64,000 nt of DNA from Mytilus edulis (GCF_963676685.1 NC_092350.1:4464001-4528000), one strand, 5' to 3'. Counted from the stretch's first letter, positions 14,146 through 28,288 are shown. Numbers and translations: made by a program. Notes: a model not told the origin generated them from the letters alone.

Positions 14146-16027
14146 TTAAAATCTTTCTCTAATAAGTCGAGATCGAAAGACTTCCCCATCTTCAACAATG
14201 TCACCATTATCATACATTTCATCATTGCCCTCATAATCAGTGTTTATCAGATCTTCATTCGGAAGTGGTATGCCTTTTTTTTCACAAATATTATGTAGAA
14301 CACCAGTTGCAACAATTGCTTTGATGGCATTTCTAAGTTCAATGGTAATTGCTCCACCTGTAAACAGAGTTTGGAATCAGTTTGATATATACTCAAAGGT
14401 AAATATAAAAAAATGCAAGGTGTTATTCAAACTATCATTCTGTATCAACCTCCCGTCATGATATATCGATACTATAGGTGCTTGTCTTGTCCGATCTTGT
14501 ATTGTCTTGACCTACTTTTTCTTCCCGGTGGAGTTTTCGGATGAGATTTTTTGTCATATTTTAATAATTCAGGTTTATAGTTACAATAATTTTATATTTT
14601 GAATTGTATTATACAGATAAAACAACTCTTATCTGCATGTTTTCATTATTGTGTTTATAGATAATATGATATGGCTATATTTGTATCAACCCGAGATACC
14701 AATATAATACCGAGGGTTGTCATGGTATATTATATTGAACTGACTGGAACACAGGATTGAAAATACTATGCGAATAAGGAAGTACAGAAAAAATTGTACA
14801 GTTCAGTTGCGATTAATGCCTGTCTGTCACAGATAACAAAGATAATCAAAAACTAACACGAAATGGAAAAGATATTTCAAGACAATTTAGGCATTGCTAT
14901 ATACACAGAAACACATATTGTTCAACATACTTAACGTGAAAATGCTTTTTGTAAACCTTTTCAATGTGCAAGAAAGGTCAATTTCAAATCTATTTTTCAG
15001 TTAATGATGCATATAGCCATCTGTGCGGATTAATCTTTGGTACAAACTTTTCCGAATTTTTGTATATAGTCTTTTTGTAACTGTTGTTTTATTGGCAATC
15101 GTATTTTTTTTAATTTTAAAATGTTGAAGAAAAAATCATACTGATTTACACAAATTTTAATTTGATCGATGAAATAATGAAATTTAATTTACCCTTACCA
15201 AATTTGTGAAGCATGAGCCATCTGCATTTCCATCTCCCAAACGTGTCCTCAATCAACTGCCTTGTTTTCTGATGAAGTCTGTTGAATGCGTGGTCAGCAT
15301 TATTTATTGGATTTCTTTTAGGAGTCAACAAGAACTGTTTAAGCGGGTAAGCTTGATCCCCAAGTAAGTATCCAGCGTTGGGATTTTCATTCAAGTAACT
15401 GTTTATTCCACACTCACTCCAAATAAATGCATCATGGGTGGAACCAGGCCATTTAACTACTAAGTTCAAAAACGCCTTTCTACTATCACAAATGCCTTGT
15501 ATATTTAAGGCGTGATACCCTTTTCGGCACACATACGCGTCTTCTCGTACGGATGGGGCTTTGATCTGAACGAGGGATCCATCGACACACCCTAAAACAT
15601 TAGGAAACCCGAATCTTTCCATGAACCCCTCTTTGACAGATTGCTGTTGTGGTGCAGTGACTGGAAAGGTTATGAATCGTCCAGCATGTCTTGATATTGC
15701 GGTTGAAACCTGCTGGACAATCCTTGAAACGGACGACTGACTTATGCCCATTATGTCCCCAGTAACTTGTTGAAAAGATCCAGTGGCATAAAACCTTAAA
15801 GCGGCAAATGTTTGTTGCTCTGGAGATATAGCAAACGACCTCATTGTTTCGTGTGAAATATCGTCTCTGATAAGGTCTATAACTTCCATAATACACTGTC
15901 TGTTCATCCTAAATCTGCAAAGAATTTCTGCATCGTCATATGCATCAAGGGGATTTAGTCTATCTCTAAATATCCTATTTTTTCTAACTGAATTTTGTCC
16001 GTGAAAAAATGCTTCAATCAACGCCAT
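14146..16027 (-). CDS. Harbinger DDE transposase (HARBI1-like, DDE_Tnp_4), 2 exons: 16027-15199 and 14357-14146; about 346 aa
   Basis: Motifs ALRFYATGSFQ, GCVDGS (D), WPGSTHD, GDQAYP (D), IEDTFGRWK (E). A phase-1 GTAAGG...TTTACAG intron joins an exon encoding VLHNIC and an acidic tail to TAA. Confidence 0.93.
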
Positions 16028-18008
16028 TACGAACAGACAAATGACGTCAGATAAGAAACCGTTACGTCAATCCTAAATATTACTACAGTTTGGAGCCATT
16101 TTTCATTGTTAATACAGACCTTGCACCTTTGTACATCTTGGATGATAAAGTAGTAAAACACTATCGGTCTAAAATGCGTATTTTGGCATTTAGATCCCCT
16201 GTTACCCCTCTAATGGTCATTACGGGACATATTGGTTTTAACCATTTTGTTCCTCTATCAATAAGCTTTCAAATGGTGTATAAAGTTTCCCTTAGTTATG
16301 CGTTACGGAACATATTGACTATATACGTTTTGTTTCTCTATTTATAAGCTAAGAATGAGATACATGTATAAGGTATATCTGAAATTTGGGGCTGAAGGTT
16401 TGCAGCAATCCATTCCAATATTCAAAATAAGCTATTTATTAATTTTCACGCGCGTATTTTGTCATTAAGGTCCTCCGTAATCCCTCGAATGATCGTTCCT
16501 GTGCAATCGGCATGTTCTATCTGTACCTAGTGAATGAAGAACAGGAATGATAAATTGAAAATAAGAAAGGACAACTTAGAGTATTTTAATTTTTATTCAT
16601 ATGTTTTGGTATTCAGGTCGTCCATACATTGAACCAAGACGGGAATTTCTGTTCTAAATAGGTAGGGAAAAAATTTAAAAAAATATATTCAAGACTGTAC
16701 TATAATTTTTTGTTATGATATTAATTAAGTATGTGTTAAATAACATCAAAATGACCCGAAAAACGGGATATAGTGTCACAATCCAAAATTATTTTTTTTA
16801 TATCAATATTCATTTTTTAACTTTGAATACTGAAATATAAACTATTTCATTATTTATCACTTAATATTGAATAGTGAATATTAAACTATTTTATTATTTT
16901 ATTATTGAATTTTGAATAATGAAAAATCACAAATGGACGTACTTCAGCGCGGACTTAAGTGATTATATATAGAAAGGGAATTTGATATTTGATGATTATG
17001 GTTAATTTCAAAAGTATTTTATGGCTTTCTTTATCTTTTTCGCATTGCTGTTGTCTTCTGTGATATATTTGCCGTTTTAGTCAGAAATAGCAAACAGTTT
17101 TGGCAAATATAGTTTTCGATGTACATGTATTTATTGTATAAATTTAAGGCCTCACTTTGACATATTATGGTTAAATTTTGTAAATAATGATGGAGTGTTG
17201 TTTCATAAGCACTTATACCACATCTTCTTTTATCTAACGTATGTCCATTTTTAACATAGTCGTTATCCCATGGTACGAACAAATGATAATATGAACAGAA
17301 GAATTAAAAAAATAAAGCCAAATAAGATACATATACAATATATATACATTGGTTTATTTCCGATGACCAATTTACATAATAAGCAAAGTGCCCGATTAAC
17401 GGGTACGTTAACATACCCGTTAATTATCGGGTTTAACGCAACATTTAACGGAGACGTTAACGGGTGCGCTAATTAACGGAAGCTTTGTGAATACGAAATA
17501 AAATTAGCGGAAACTTAACGGGGATATTAACGGGTCCGTTAGCTAACGGATGCTTTGTGAATAAAGTTTTACAAATAAATTCATATTAATTGTATTAATG
17601 CAGCAGCAGACCCACAAACAATTAGATATGTAATGCGAATACACCATAATATGATTTTTGATTCACTAAATAGTATCAATTCATAGCATATAAGTAGAAA
17701 AATAACTGACTAGCCTTTTAAAATAAAGAACACCAATTAAAATATGTTCCCTAGTCGTTTGTTTGTTTTACGCTGAACTTTAGTTGATTCTTATTTTACT
17801 CATTGCGAAAGGTCACACAGTCGGCTTTAATATTTTTACATCCACTCGATTTGACTCTAATGGATAGTTGTCTCATTTCCGATCATATCAGATATCCTTA
17901 TTTTGCACTACGTTAAACACATTCTGTCATGTATTTTTTATATTGGTCACTAAATAAGCTTTCAATGTATCAATCCCGGCTACTATATTTGCTCCTTTTG
18001 TATTCAAA

Positions 18009-18347
18009 GCATGAATCCTAGTCTATAATATTGGTGGCATGAATCCTAGTCTATAATATTGGTGGCATGAATCCTAGTCTATAATATGTGTGGCATCAAT
18101 CAATGTCTATAATATTGGTGGCACCAATCACTGTCTATAATATTGGTGGCATCAATCCTTGTCTATAATATGTGTGGCATCAATCACTGTCTATAATATT
18201 GGTGGCACCAATCCTTGTCTATAATATGTGTGGCACCAATCACTGTCTATAATATTGGTGACATCAATCCTTGTCTATAATATGTGTGGCATCAATCACT
18301 GTCTATAATATTGATGGCACCAAATTAATCACTGTCTATAATATGTG
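18009..18347. repeat. Minisatellite, 28-bp unit, about 12 copies, just upstream of the LRR exon acceptor
   Basis: Unit GCATCAATCACTGTCTATAATATTGGTG with variants. Confidence 0.92.
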
Positions 18348-18363
18348 TAACTTTTTGTTTCAG

Positions 18364-21300
18364 ACGTCACTAAGATGGTCATCTACGGGGATAGCAGTCA
18401 CGTGGCCGAGCAATCAAGACAGCGCGATTCCCCACGAGATCAGCAATCGAAGACGATATCAGATACCCAGCTCCGATATATCGACAGACATGCGTTCCGT
18501 GCAAATGCATTGCTTCGAGAATTAATCTTATCTGGGAACAATATTGGCGTTCTGTACCCATTCATTTTCCATGGATTAAGAAACCTGAATATATTATCCA
18601 TTCAAAACAATAATGTTCAACATTTGTCGGCTGCTGTTTTTAACGGACTCAGTCAACTACAGGAATTGAAACTTAGTGATAATAAGATCCGCTTCCTCCC
18701 ATCTACTGTATTTACATACCTTGTCGATATGAAGGCTCTATATCTAAATGGAAATAAGCTCAGATCCGTACAAAAAGAATTGTTTTCTTCCATGACAAAA
18801 CTAGAAAAACTTGATTTGTCCAGGAACAACATATCTGATTTCTATGACGAGGTGTTTGATCAGAACATGGCTTTGAAAGAGCTGTTACTTGATGGTAACC
18901 GGCTATGGATGATCAGACCGAGGTGGTTTAAGAATTTATACGCCCTTCAGAGCTTGTCAATAAGAGGTAACGAAATAACACAGTTATACCCGGATTCCTT
19001 TATGAACTTGATGAACTTACAGGACTTACTGTTATCTGCGAACCATATAAGTCTAATTCATGCAGGTGCGTTTAGAAATTTACAGGATTTGAAGGTTTTA
19101 GACTTGTCAACAAATGATCTACCGGAAGTGTCGAAAGCAAATCTTCTCGACTTAAATGCACTACGGGAATTATACCTTTCCTCGAATAGACTAACAAATC
19201 TCGGGAACAAAACGTTTGAAAAGATTGAAACTCTTATCCGATTAGATGTTTCTAGGAACGACATAGGAGGAATAGAACAGAGAGTCTTCTCACCCCTACG
19301 ACAACTTCAATATCTAGACATATCACATAACAAATTACAGAAGATCGTCAAGGGTATATTTACAGGATTAAAGGAGATAAAAGAATTAAAAATAAATGAC
19401 AATTTCGTCAGCGTTATAGAAAATGAGGCATTTAATTTCAATGAGAAAGATCATTTATCAAAACTCTCCTCACTTAACCTGGCTAACAATAATCTCAAGA
19501 GATTATCAGCATTTACTTTCCGAGGTATTCCGAATCTGAAAGTGTTAAATGTAGAAAATAACAAACTCAGACGAATGCATAGCATGGCTTTTGTGGAATT
19601 CACTAAACTCGCCTCACTTTCTTTACGTAAGAACAAGATTAAGAACCTAAATAATGGCATTTTCCATAACCTTAAACACTTAATAGATTTAGATATTTCA
19701 GAAAACAAAGTGAAACAAATAAGCGGCAACATGTTTATCGGACTTGACAATTTAGAAGAACTAGACATTGGTAAAAACCAAATTCGATCAATTGATAAAG
19801 ATGCATTCAAAGGTTGTCCAAACGCCGTAGAAATTGACGTTCAACATAATATGCTGATTAGTTTTAATTTTACAATCCTGGAACATTTGCCTCAGATTGC
19901 TACACTTGATTTGAGTAATAACCAAATCTTCTGGGTGGACGTGAAAGCTAACTTGTTTTTAAGACTGAAAGACTTAGTCCTATCCCATAATAATCTGCAG
20001 ACGATGAGTAAGCGAGTAGTGAACCTGCTGGGATCGTCATCCTTAATGTCTATCCAGGGGAATCCATGGAAGTGTGATTGTAACCTTGGCTGGATAATGG
20101 ATCCCTCCATTAATAAACGGGTGAAATTCGACATGTTAGACGAAGCCATGTGTAAGACTCCATCAAAACTCCATGGATGGAAGGTATACGTTGTTTTTAT
20201 TATTATCATATTTTAAACATGCCATTGTTTTTTTCTTCTTTTGATTCATTGACATTATGTGCCAGCAAATTATGGCCCTTAGTAGACAAAGATTAGTTGA
20301 ACTTAATATACGTAATATTTCTTACATATAAATACGTTCTAGCATATGTATATATATTTCTTAACAAAAAAAACCTCTTATTGTTACCACACACGTGCAA
20401 AGTATCAAAATTTTGTTTTAAGCATGGTGTTTTTTTTTATCCGTGTATTGAATTTCTAATTAAACTGTAGTACAATATAAGTAACGTTTTGTGAATATAG
20501 TATAACAGACAACTATTTTACAGATTTCAGATCTTACCACCAAAGATTTCACGTGTAAACAACAAAGTAACGACAGAGCACGAGTAGATGTCACGTGCAG
20601 TGATGGACCATTCAACAAAAAGACGTTCAATGATAAAAAGTAAGTTTCTATTTAGCATAGTAACAATAAATAATCCACATTCCTCCTGAAATCCTTGGAT
20701 AAGTTGCCATTTTCATTGCTGTACTGTTTGTTGTGGTTGTTGTTCCATTGTTGTACTGTTTGTTTTGGTTGTTGTTTCATTGCTGTATTGTTTGTTTTGG
20801 TTGTTGTTCCATTGCTGTACTGTTTGTTTTGGTTGTTGTTCCATTGCTGTACTGTTTGTTTCGGTTGTTGTTCCATTGCTGTACTGTTTGTTTTGGTTGT
20901 TGTTGCATTGTTGTATTGTTTGGTTTTTTTTTAGTTGTTGTTTTATTGGTGTTTTGTGTGGTTCGGTTGTTGTTTCATTGTTGTATTATATGTTTTGTTT
21001 GTTTTACTATTTATTTTGTTTGTTGTTTTATTGTATTGGTTTTTTTTCAAGCTGTTGTTTCATTGTTGTACTATTTATTTTGGTTGTTGTTTAATTTTTG
21101 TACTGTTTGCTTTGGTTGTTTCATTTTTGTACTGTTTGCTTTGGTTGTTGTTTAATTGTATTGTTTTTTTGTTGCTGTTGTTTCATTGTTGTACTATTAT
21201 TTTGGTTGTTGTTTATTTTTGTACTGTTTGCTTTGGTTGTTGTTTAGTTGTTGGTTTTGGTTGTTGTTTCATTGTTATACTATTTGGTTTGGTTTGGGTC

Positions 21301-24300
21301 TTGTTTCATTGTTATACTATTTGGTTTGCTTTTGGTCTTGTTTCATTGTTTTTTACAATATAGTTCATTATATATCTATTTTGGAATTTTGGTTGACATT
21401 CTGTTGATCCATGAAAATAAATGACCAAGTATACTACATTGAAGCTCCTTATTAAACCCATATTTATCTTTCCTTAGTATTTTATTATTTTGTGTATTTA
21501 AGTTGTAATACTTTTATGGCATATTACTATTTTCTGCTTCGGTGACAAATTAGTAATGTTGTTTTCAGTTTGATAATTTGTTTGACCAAGAAAACTGTGA
21601 CATACATTGATTAAACAACCGTTTACGTACGATTAGGTCGGTCCATTAAGTCTAATTAGTATTTTGTAAGGTCACCGACCTGATCAGGCGTAAGACGTCA
21701 ATTTTAATTTTAAATAAGTACTTTTAACCTATTTACCTAAAATACAAACTTTAAACTCCCTCTTCTTGCTAATCTGTTCGTACGAAGGTGGGTCGAACGC
21801 TATCGAAACAACTAACTAACTATCAAATCGATGTATAAGGAGGCAGACAGCACCTGTTGAACAATCGAAATGTATGACGTCACTTATAGACAAAACAAGA
21901 ACAAAAATAATCAACAATCAACCTATATTTGAAAATTTAAAGTTTGGTCGAACTGCAAACGTCAACTAGACGTTATATAGTTATATAGGTGTGGAATGCA
22001 CTACCAGGACTACTAAGCTTAATCATTAAGTCTAATCATACTTTTGTAAGGTCACCGACCTGGTCAAGCGCAAGGCTGCATTTAAAATAAGTATGTTTAA
22101 CCTATTAACTAGGGAATTAAAATACAACCTATAAATTATAACTGTGATGTGGACTGCCTGGTCGATATTCACTCCATACATTCCGTATTTGACACAATTT
22201 ACTTTATTTTTGTTGGACTGCTGTCTTCTTCCAATCACATCTTCGCAAATTAATGTTAAAACATATTCAATTTGATACTCTAAATATAACAGAAGACGGT
22301 TTTGAAAAGCAGTAGGGATTTTTTTCCAGCTTACATACAATAGTAAAAATTCGAGTAATCAGTATAAGACAATTATTCTACCGAAATGCATGCAATTTAT
22401 TTCAAATTCTTAGGTAAAGAATCATTGTAGCATGTGATACAATTAATTTCAGTCACTAGGACATCATACTGTACTTTAATGACTAATATTAAATATAGTT
22501 TGAAATATGAAACCAAGTTCTATTTTAATTATGTCTTTATGTAATTTTATAAGACTAAACGTGAAAGACCGTTATTATTAAACCAAACGCTTGTAAGTTT
22601 GTAAAATGTTAAAATGACTGATCGCTAACTATATATTTATGAACTGTTAAGATTTCTTGTATTGTTATCTGCATGTATATTATCTGTCTAAGGGACATAG
22701 TTACGTTGTTTCGTCTAACTGTTTAAATAACTTTATTCAAATGACAAATTTTGATATACCACTTCTAGTTTACTCCTCTCGGATATGTATTGTCATCTTC
22801 CTTTATTAATAAACCCAAATTGTTGCCTTGGATATAGAACTATGTTTATCCGTGGACTAACGACAGTAAAACATTTGCTAAACTTGGATGACTATTTGGC
22901 TGTGCGCGGGATTTATATATACGCAGCCACGTATTTAAAAATAAAAAGGGAAGCTGAATCCAACGGCTCGTGTACAGAGATTTCTACGTTCACTGCACGT
23001 CGAAGATTATTTGCAATCTCTAAGGAATTTGTAGGTGTCGTGTTAGAGTCCGTAGATGACCTCTTTCAAGACAAATTTTCTGGCCCTATCTAACATATCC
23101 TTCTTTCCTGTGGCAAATTTACACCTTTTATTCCGGTCACTGTACCTTACAGAATTCACATTTACCTATGGTTTTAATTGCTTATCTTGTTCTGAATATG
23201 CATTAAATGAATGCCGCTGCATGGGCATTTAGGAATGAAAAATAAAAACAATAATCTATCAATTCATTATTTAGTTCTAGTCTCTGTACGCTATAAGGGT
23301 GTAGACATCTCCGCTGTTTTCAATGTTTTTATATTGTGTTAGTTATCTTTGAGGAACATTCAGGTACTTAAAGTTACTCAGAGTCCAACGAGAAACATGC
23401 CGATGTTCCCTTATCTTATTTGTCCTTCGCTATAGAAACGGCGAAACCTTCACTAAAAACTTAAAGATATCAAAAAATCTAACAAGAGTGTTTTCCTGTT
23501 CAAAATGATTTATCACTTTAAATCAAACTAACATTTTAAAGCATAAGCAAATACCTTTCTACATGATTGTAAGTCATGTGACATTATTAAGTTCACAAAC
23601 GTTAGGACTAACCCATTCTTCTTATTTTATTTTTCAGAGCAATGAATCGAAAGTTGATAAATAAGCACGTGACAGTTTACGACTGGAGAAACGCTCCTGT
23701 TTCCAATGGCATTCTCGTAGCTGAAAACTGGGCGCTAGTTGGAGCAACAGCTTTAGATCATGTACCAGTTAATGAAATAATCGTAAAAATAGGCCATGGC
23801 AAACTTAAGGCCAAAGTAATGAGCGTAATCAAACATCCATTACTATCTCTGAAAATGCAGAATTACGACATTGCTTTACTGCAGTTGGGACCAGATAAAA
23901 TTAATGACTTTGATGGAACAATTCCGTGTTTTCTTACACAACGGCAATTTAAAACCATTACAAAAATAATTCCAAGATTTACTGTCACAGCACGAATAAG
24001 AAAAGGCGCCAAATCAAAACTAAAAATACGAAAAGGAAAGTTAGTGCGGTCGTGTAAAGAAACTGACTATCTGTGTTCCTATTTAAAGAAACCAAAACAG
24101 AAAACAGATATGTTATTGAATGGATCACCTCTGTATGTTGGACACCAGAACAATTTACAACTAGCCGGTATAGGTTTACAACCATCATTGTCCCATGATA
24201 TAAATCAAGCTAAATTCATTCCGTTGTGGAAGATATCAGACTGGGTTAGTACTGTGATGCAGGAGTACAATAAAAAATGTCATATTGACAAGAAAAATAA

Positions 24301-24376
24301 ACTTGTATGTTCACAACTTAACCTACCACACGCTAATGATTTATACGCAAAAATGCAACACAAAGAAATCCACTGA
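18364..24376 (+). CDS. LRR protein (about 20-22 LRRs plus LRRCT) fused to an inactive trypsin-like domain; exons 18364-20183, 20524-20639, 23638-24376; 5' exon(s) not located
   Basis: LxxLxLxxNxL repeats. The LRRCT NPWKCDCNLGW...C..P..LHG..ISDL...FTC spans the first intron. Splice phases 0 and 2 are consistent. The last exon has GILVAENWALVGA, IKHP, NYDIALLQL and NGSPLY...LAGI without the catalytic His or Ser. Confidence 0.85.
20705..21355. repeat. Degenerate 32-bp TG-rich minisatellite in an intron
   Basis: Unit TTCCATTGCTGTACTGTTTGTTTTGGTTGTTG, decaying to the right. Confidence 0.9.
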
Positions 24377-26207
24377 GAAGTTCTGCATGGTAAACAGAGT
24401 TCGGTAATTATCGGACATTCCATTCAAGCATTTATTGAGTTACTTCAAGCTTGAGAAAGGACATGGAAAGTCATTTTCTGATTGAACTCGTGTAGCATTT
24501 ATCCATGCAATGCATTTACCTGACAACGCGAGGAGCAGAATCAGAAAGCATATGTGATAATTAGTTTACAATGTCACAGTGTAGTGCTATGCAAAACAAT
24601 GACGATTTCAGCGACATGTTCGTTATGTGCAATGGTTCATTTCAAAGCGTGAAAACAACATTATACATAGTGAGAGCGAGAGCGAGACAAGTTTCCCATT
24701 TTGTAAATACATGTATGCTCTTCGTCTCTATTTCTAATTTGGAAAGAGACGTGCTATTAATAAAAAAACATATAATTGTCAAGTCAATAAGCATGTGTAC
24801 ATATATCATCGTGGACTATAATTTATTTTGTATATACAAGTGATGAATGTCAATATATATACCAGACAATGTTTAGGTTCTCTTAAATATTCTTTATTGC
24901 TTTTTTTCACAAATGATTACACCGAAAATAAACTTCAATATTCCAAATCGTTCAATCAAAAGGTAAACACACTCAAAAGGTGAAATTGAAAGTTTTGAAT
25001 TCGGCAATAATACATAGAACTATTAAAAAAAAAACACAAAAATAAAAACTCAACTACGTACACGGTTGTCGAGACAACTTACATTCTAAAATGCCCCTTT
25101 TTGACATTCTGTTATGATCTTTTTGTATGTATATTGTGATAGCGCTAGCATTGTTCTATTTTGTTGTCTCATTTGTTGTATTTTGTTACAATATTTTTAT
25201 ATGAAAAACAGTATTTGTAAATATTATTTTTTTTACATCTGTTAACATTCAAAATGAATGATTTATTTATTAAAATTAGAATTTATTAACATGTGTTTTC
25301 ATTTTTACTTGTGATTCACGAAGCATGTAGACTTGAATTTTGTCTGCGTGTTCTTTATCAATGTCATTATATTAAATCGACTCATATAAAGTCATTTCTG
25401 TTTCTGGTAATATTTTCTGCCAACTAAAGCACACCTCCTGGAAACCTCTTTACTCTAACGAGATTGCAGTTCAACGACACACACGAAAAAAAACCCACTT
25501 CCCAACATATATGAAAATGTCTGGGAAGGTCATTTAAGTTGAAGGTTGTACGATGACCTGTAGATGTGTACATATGCTCTACCTTTTGGTCATTATTGAA
25601 GTATAAAAGTATTGACAAAAATACCGAACTCAAATTCAAACAGGAAAAGTCCATAAAAAGTCCATAAAAAATAACAAAAATCGAATTTGAAACTTTATGA
25701 ACTAACAGAACGAGTGGAATAAATGTCATACTCCTAACTTGGTACGGACATTTCCCGGAGAAAATGGTGGGTGAAACCTGGTTTTATAATTAGCTAAACC
25801 TCCCACCTGTATGGCAGTTGTATACAGTTACGTTTTAGTGATAACATTTGGTGAGCAACCCTATTACTAGTACTGGTTATGTGACAAGAATTTGGAGAAA
25901 GCAGCTAAAATTGTGTAAAAATACATTACAGACATACGACTTACGTCAACTGACTAAAAATTCATACAAATAAATGTAACGAAGACACCAATAAAAAAGT
26001 TGTATTTAATTGTACATTTGACAAAGATGTCAACAAAAAAGTTTTTGTAATTGATAGTACATACAATATATAGTATGAACTTTCTCTTGATAACATACAA
26101 ATTAGAAAACAATATAAAAACAAGGAAAACATCAATATAATAAAAACCTCTTGCGTCCGAATCGCAAATATGAACCCACGTGCACCAGGAACACCCAAAG
26201 TCAAGAT

Positions 26208-26322
26208 ATAAAAAAGAAGATGTGGTATGATTGCCAATGAGACAACTATCCACAAAAGATCAAAATGACACAGACATTAACAACTATAGGTCACCGTACG
26301 ACCTTCAACAATGAGCAAAGCC
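26208..26322 (+). repeat. SINE-like host repeat fragment
   Basis: Matches the 5461-5570 copy. Confidence 0.7.
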
Positions 26323-26510
26323 AAGACCAAAGTCATACGACCAAAACACATAATAGCACAAAGATAAATAAATGGTAAACTATAAATTAATTAAAAATAA
26401 AAAGATACACAACATCAGTGTTGACCGGTTAGTGATAAAGTAGTTTTCGACTACTTAGACCACTCGATTACAGAGGCCATAAGGGGAATGACAAAAGGAA
26501 CATTATGAAA

Positions 26511-28288
26511 AACTAGAGGCTCTAAAGAGCCTGTGTCGCTCACCTTGGTCTATGTGAATATTAAACAATGGACACATGGATTCATGACAAAATTGTGTTT
26601 TGGTGATGGTGATGTGTTTGTAGATCTTACTTTACTAAACATTCTTGCTGCTTACAATTATCTCTATCTATAACAGTACTTTCTGTGGAAAATGTTATTG
26701 AAAATCTTCAAATTTTAAGAAAATTGTTAAAAATTGACTATGAAGGGCAATAACTCCTTAGGGGGTCAATTGACTATTTTGGTCCTACTGACTTATTTTT
26801 AGTTCTTACTTTGCTGTACATTATTGCTGTTTACAGTTTATCTCTATCTATAATAATATTCAAGATAATAACCAAAAACAGCAAAATTTCCTTCAAATTA
26901 CCAATTCAGGGGCAGCAACCTAACAACCGATTATCCGATTCATCTGAAAATTCCAGGGCAGATAGATCGTGACCTGATCAACAATTTTACTTCCTGTCAG
27001 ATTTGCTCTTAATGCTTTGGTTTTTGAGTTATAAGCCAAAAACTGCATTTTACCCCCATGTTCTATTTTTAGCCATGGCGGCCATCTTGGTTTGTTAGCC
27101 GAGTTACCGGATGCATTTTTTTAACTAGATACCCCAATGATGATTATGGCCAAGTTTGGTTAAATTTGGCCCAGTAGTTTCAGAGAAGATTTTTCTAAAA
27201 GATTACTAAGATTTACGAAAAATTGTTAAAAATTGACTATAAAGGGCAATAACTCCTTAAGTGGTCAACTGACCATTTTGGTCATGTTGACTTATTTGTA
27301 GATCTTACTTTGCTGAATATATTGCTGTTTACAGTTTATCTCTTTCTATAATAATATTCAAGATAATAACAAAAAACAGCAAAATTTCCTTCAAATTACC
27401 ATTTCAGGGGCAGCAACCCAACAACCGATTATCCGATTCATCTGAAAATTCCAGGGCAGATAGATCGTGACCTGATCAACAATTTTACTTTGTCAGATTT
27501 GCTCTAAATGCTTTGGTTTTTGAGTTATAAGCCAAAAACTGCATTTTACATCTATATTCTATTTTAAGCCATGGCGGCCATCTTGGTTGGTTGGGCGGGG
27601 CACCGGACACATTTTTTTAACTAGATACCCCAATGATGATTATGGCCAAGTTTGGTTAAATTTGGCCCAGTAGTTTCAGAGGAGAAGATTTTTCTAAAAG
27701 ATTACTAAGATTTACGAAAAATGGTTAAAAATTGACTATAAAGGGCAATAACTCCTTAAGTGGTCAACTGACCATTTTGGTCATGTTGACTTATTTGCAG
27801 ATCTTACTTTGCTGAACATTATTGCTGTTTACAGTTTATCTCTATCTATAATAATATTCAAGATAATAACCCAAAACAGCAAAATTTCCTTAAAATTACC
27901 ATTTCAGGGGCAGCAACCCAACAACGAAATGTCTGATTCATCTGAAAATTTCAGGTCATATAGATCTTGACCTGATGAATTCCATGTCAGATTTGCTCTA
28001 AATGCTTTGGTTTTTGAGTTATTAGCCAAAAACTGCATTTTACCCCTATGTTCTATTTTTAGCCATGGCGGCCATCTTGGTTGGTTAGGCGGGGCAGCGG
28101 ACACATTTTTTAAACTAGATTACCCAATGATAATTTTGGCCAAGTTTGGTAAAATTTGGCCCAGTAGTTTCAGAGGAGAAGATTTTTGTAAAAGTTAACG
28201 CAGGACGACGACGACGACGGACGACGGACGCCGGACGCCAAGTGATGAGAAAAGCTCACTTGGCCTTTCGGCCAGGTGAGCTAAAAAA
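26511..28288 (-). mobile_element. Non-autonomous Helentron/HINE (pearl-like) element with 3 core repeats of about 500 bp
   Basis: Minus strand: TTTTTAGCTCACCTGGCCGAAAGGCCAAGTGAGC start, CGTC/GTC microsatellite, tandem units anchored by AAAATTGACTAT near 26729, 27229 and 27728, then 3' AGGTGAGC plus hairpin AGGCTC-ttta-GAGCCT and CTAGTT. Confidence 0.85.

Larger units (their letters stand above)
7547..17564. mobile_element. PIF/Harbinger DNA transposon with autonomous-type gene content
   Basis: About 38-bp inverted repeats: TTATTCACAAAGCATGCGTTAGCTAACGGACCCATTAA at 7552 and TTAACGGGTCCGTTAGCTAACGGATGCTTTGTGAATAA ending 17564. They enclose convergent Myb/SANT and DDE transposase genes. The last few bases of the right end do not match the left, so no TSD could be confirmed. 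Confidence 0.9.

Noticed and set aside
19058-20209. Minus-strand ORFs over the LRR exon, and similar small ORFs overlapping pPolB, MCP and the transposase
   Set aside because: Shadow frames of well-supported genes, with no motifs
20652-21407. Many Cys/Val/Leu-rich ORFs that look like membrane proteins
   Set aside because: Products of an intronic TG-rich 32-bp repeat
21645-22115. Duplicated TTTTGTAAGGTCACCGACCTG segment about 380 bp apart
   Set aside because: Small intronic duplication with no further structure that I can support
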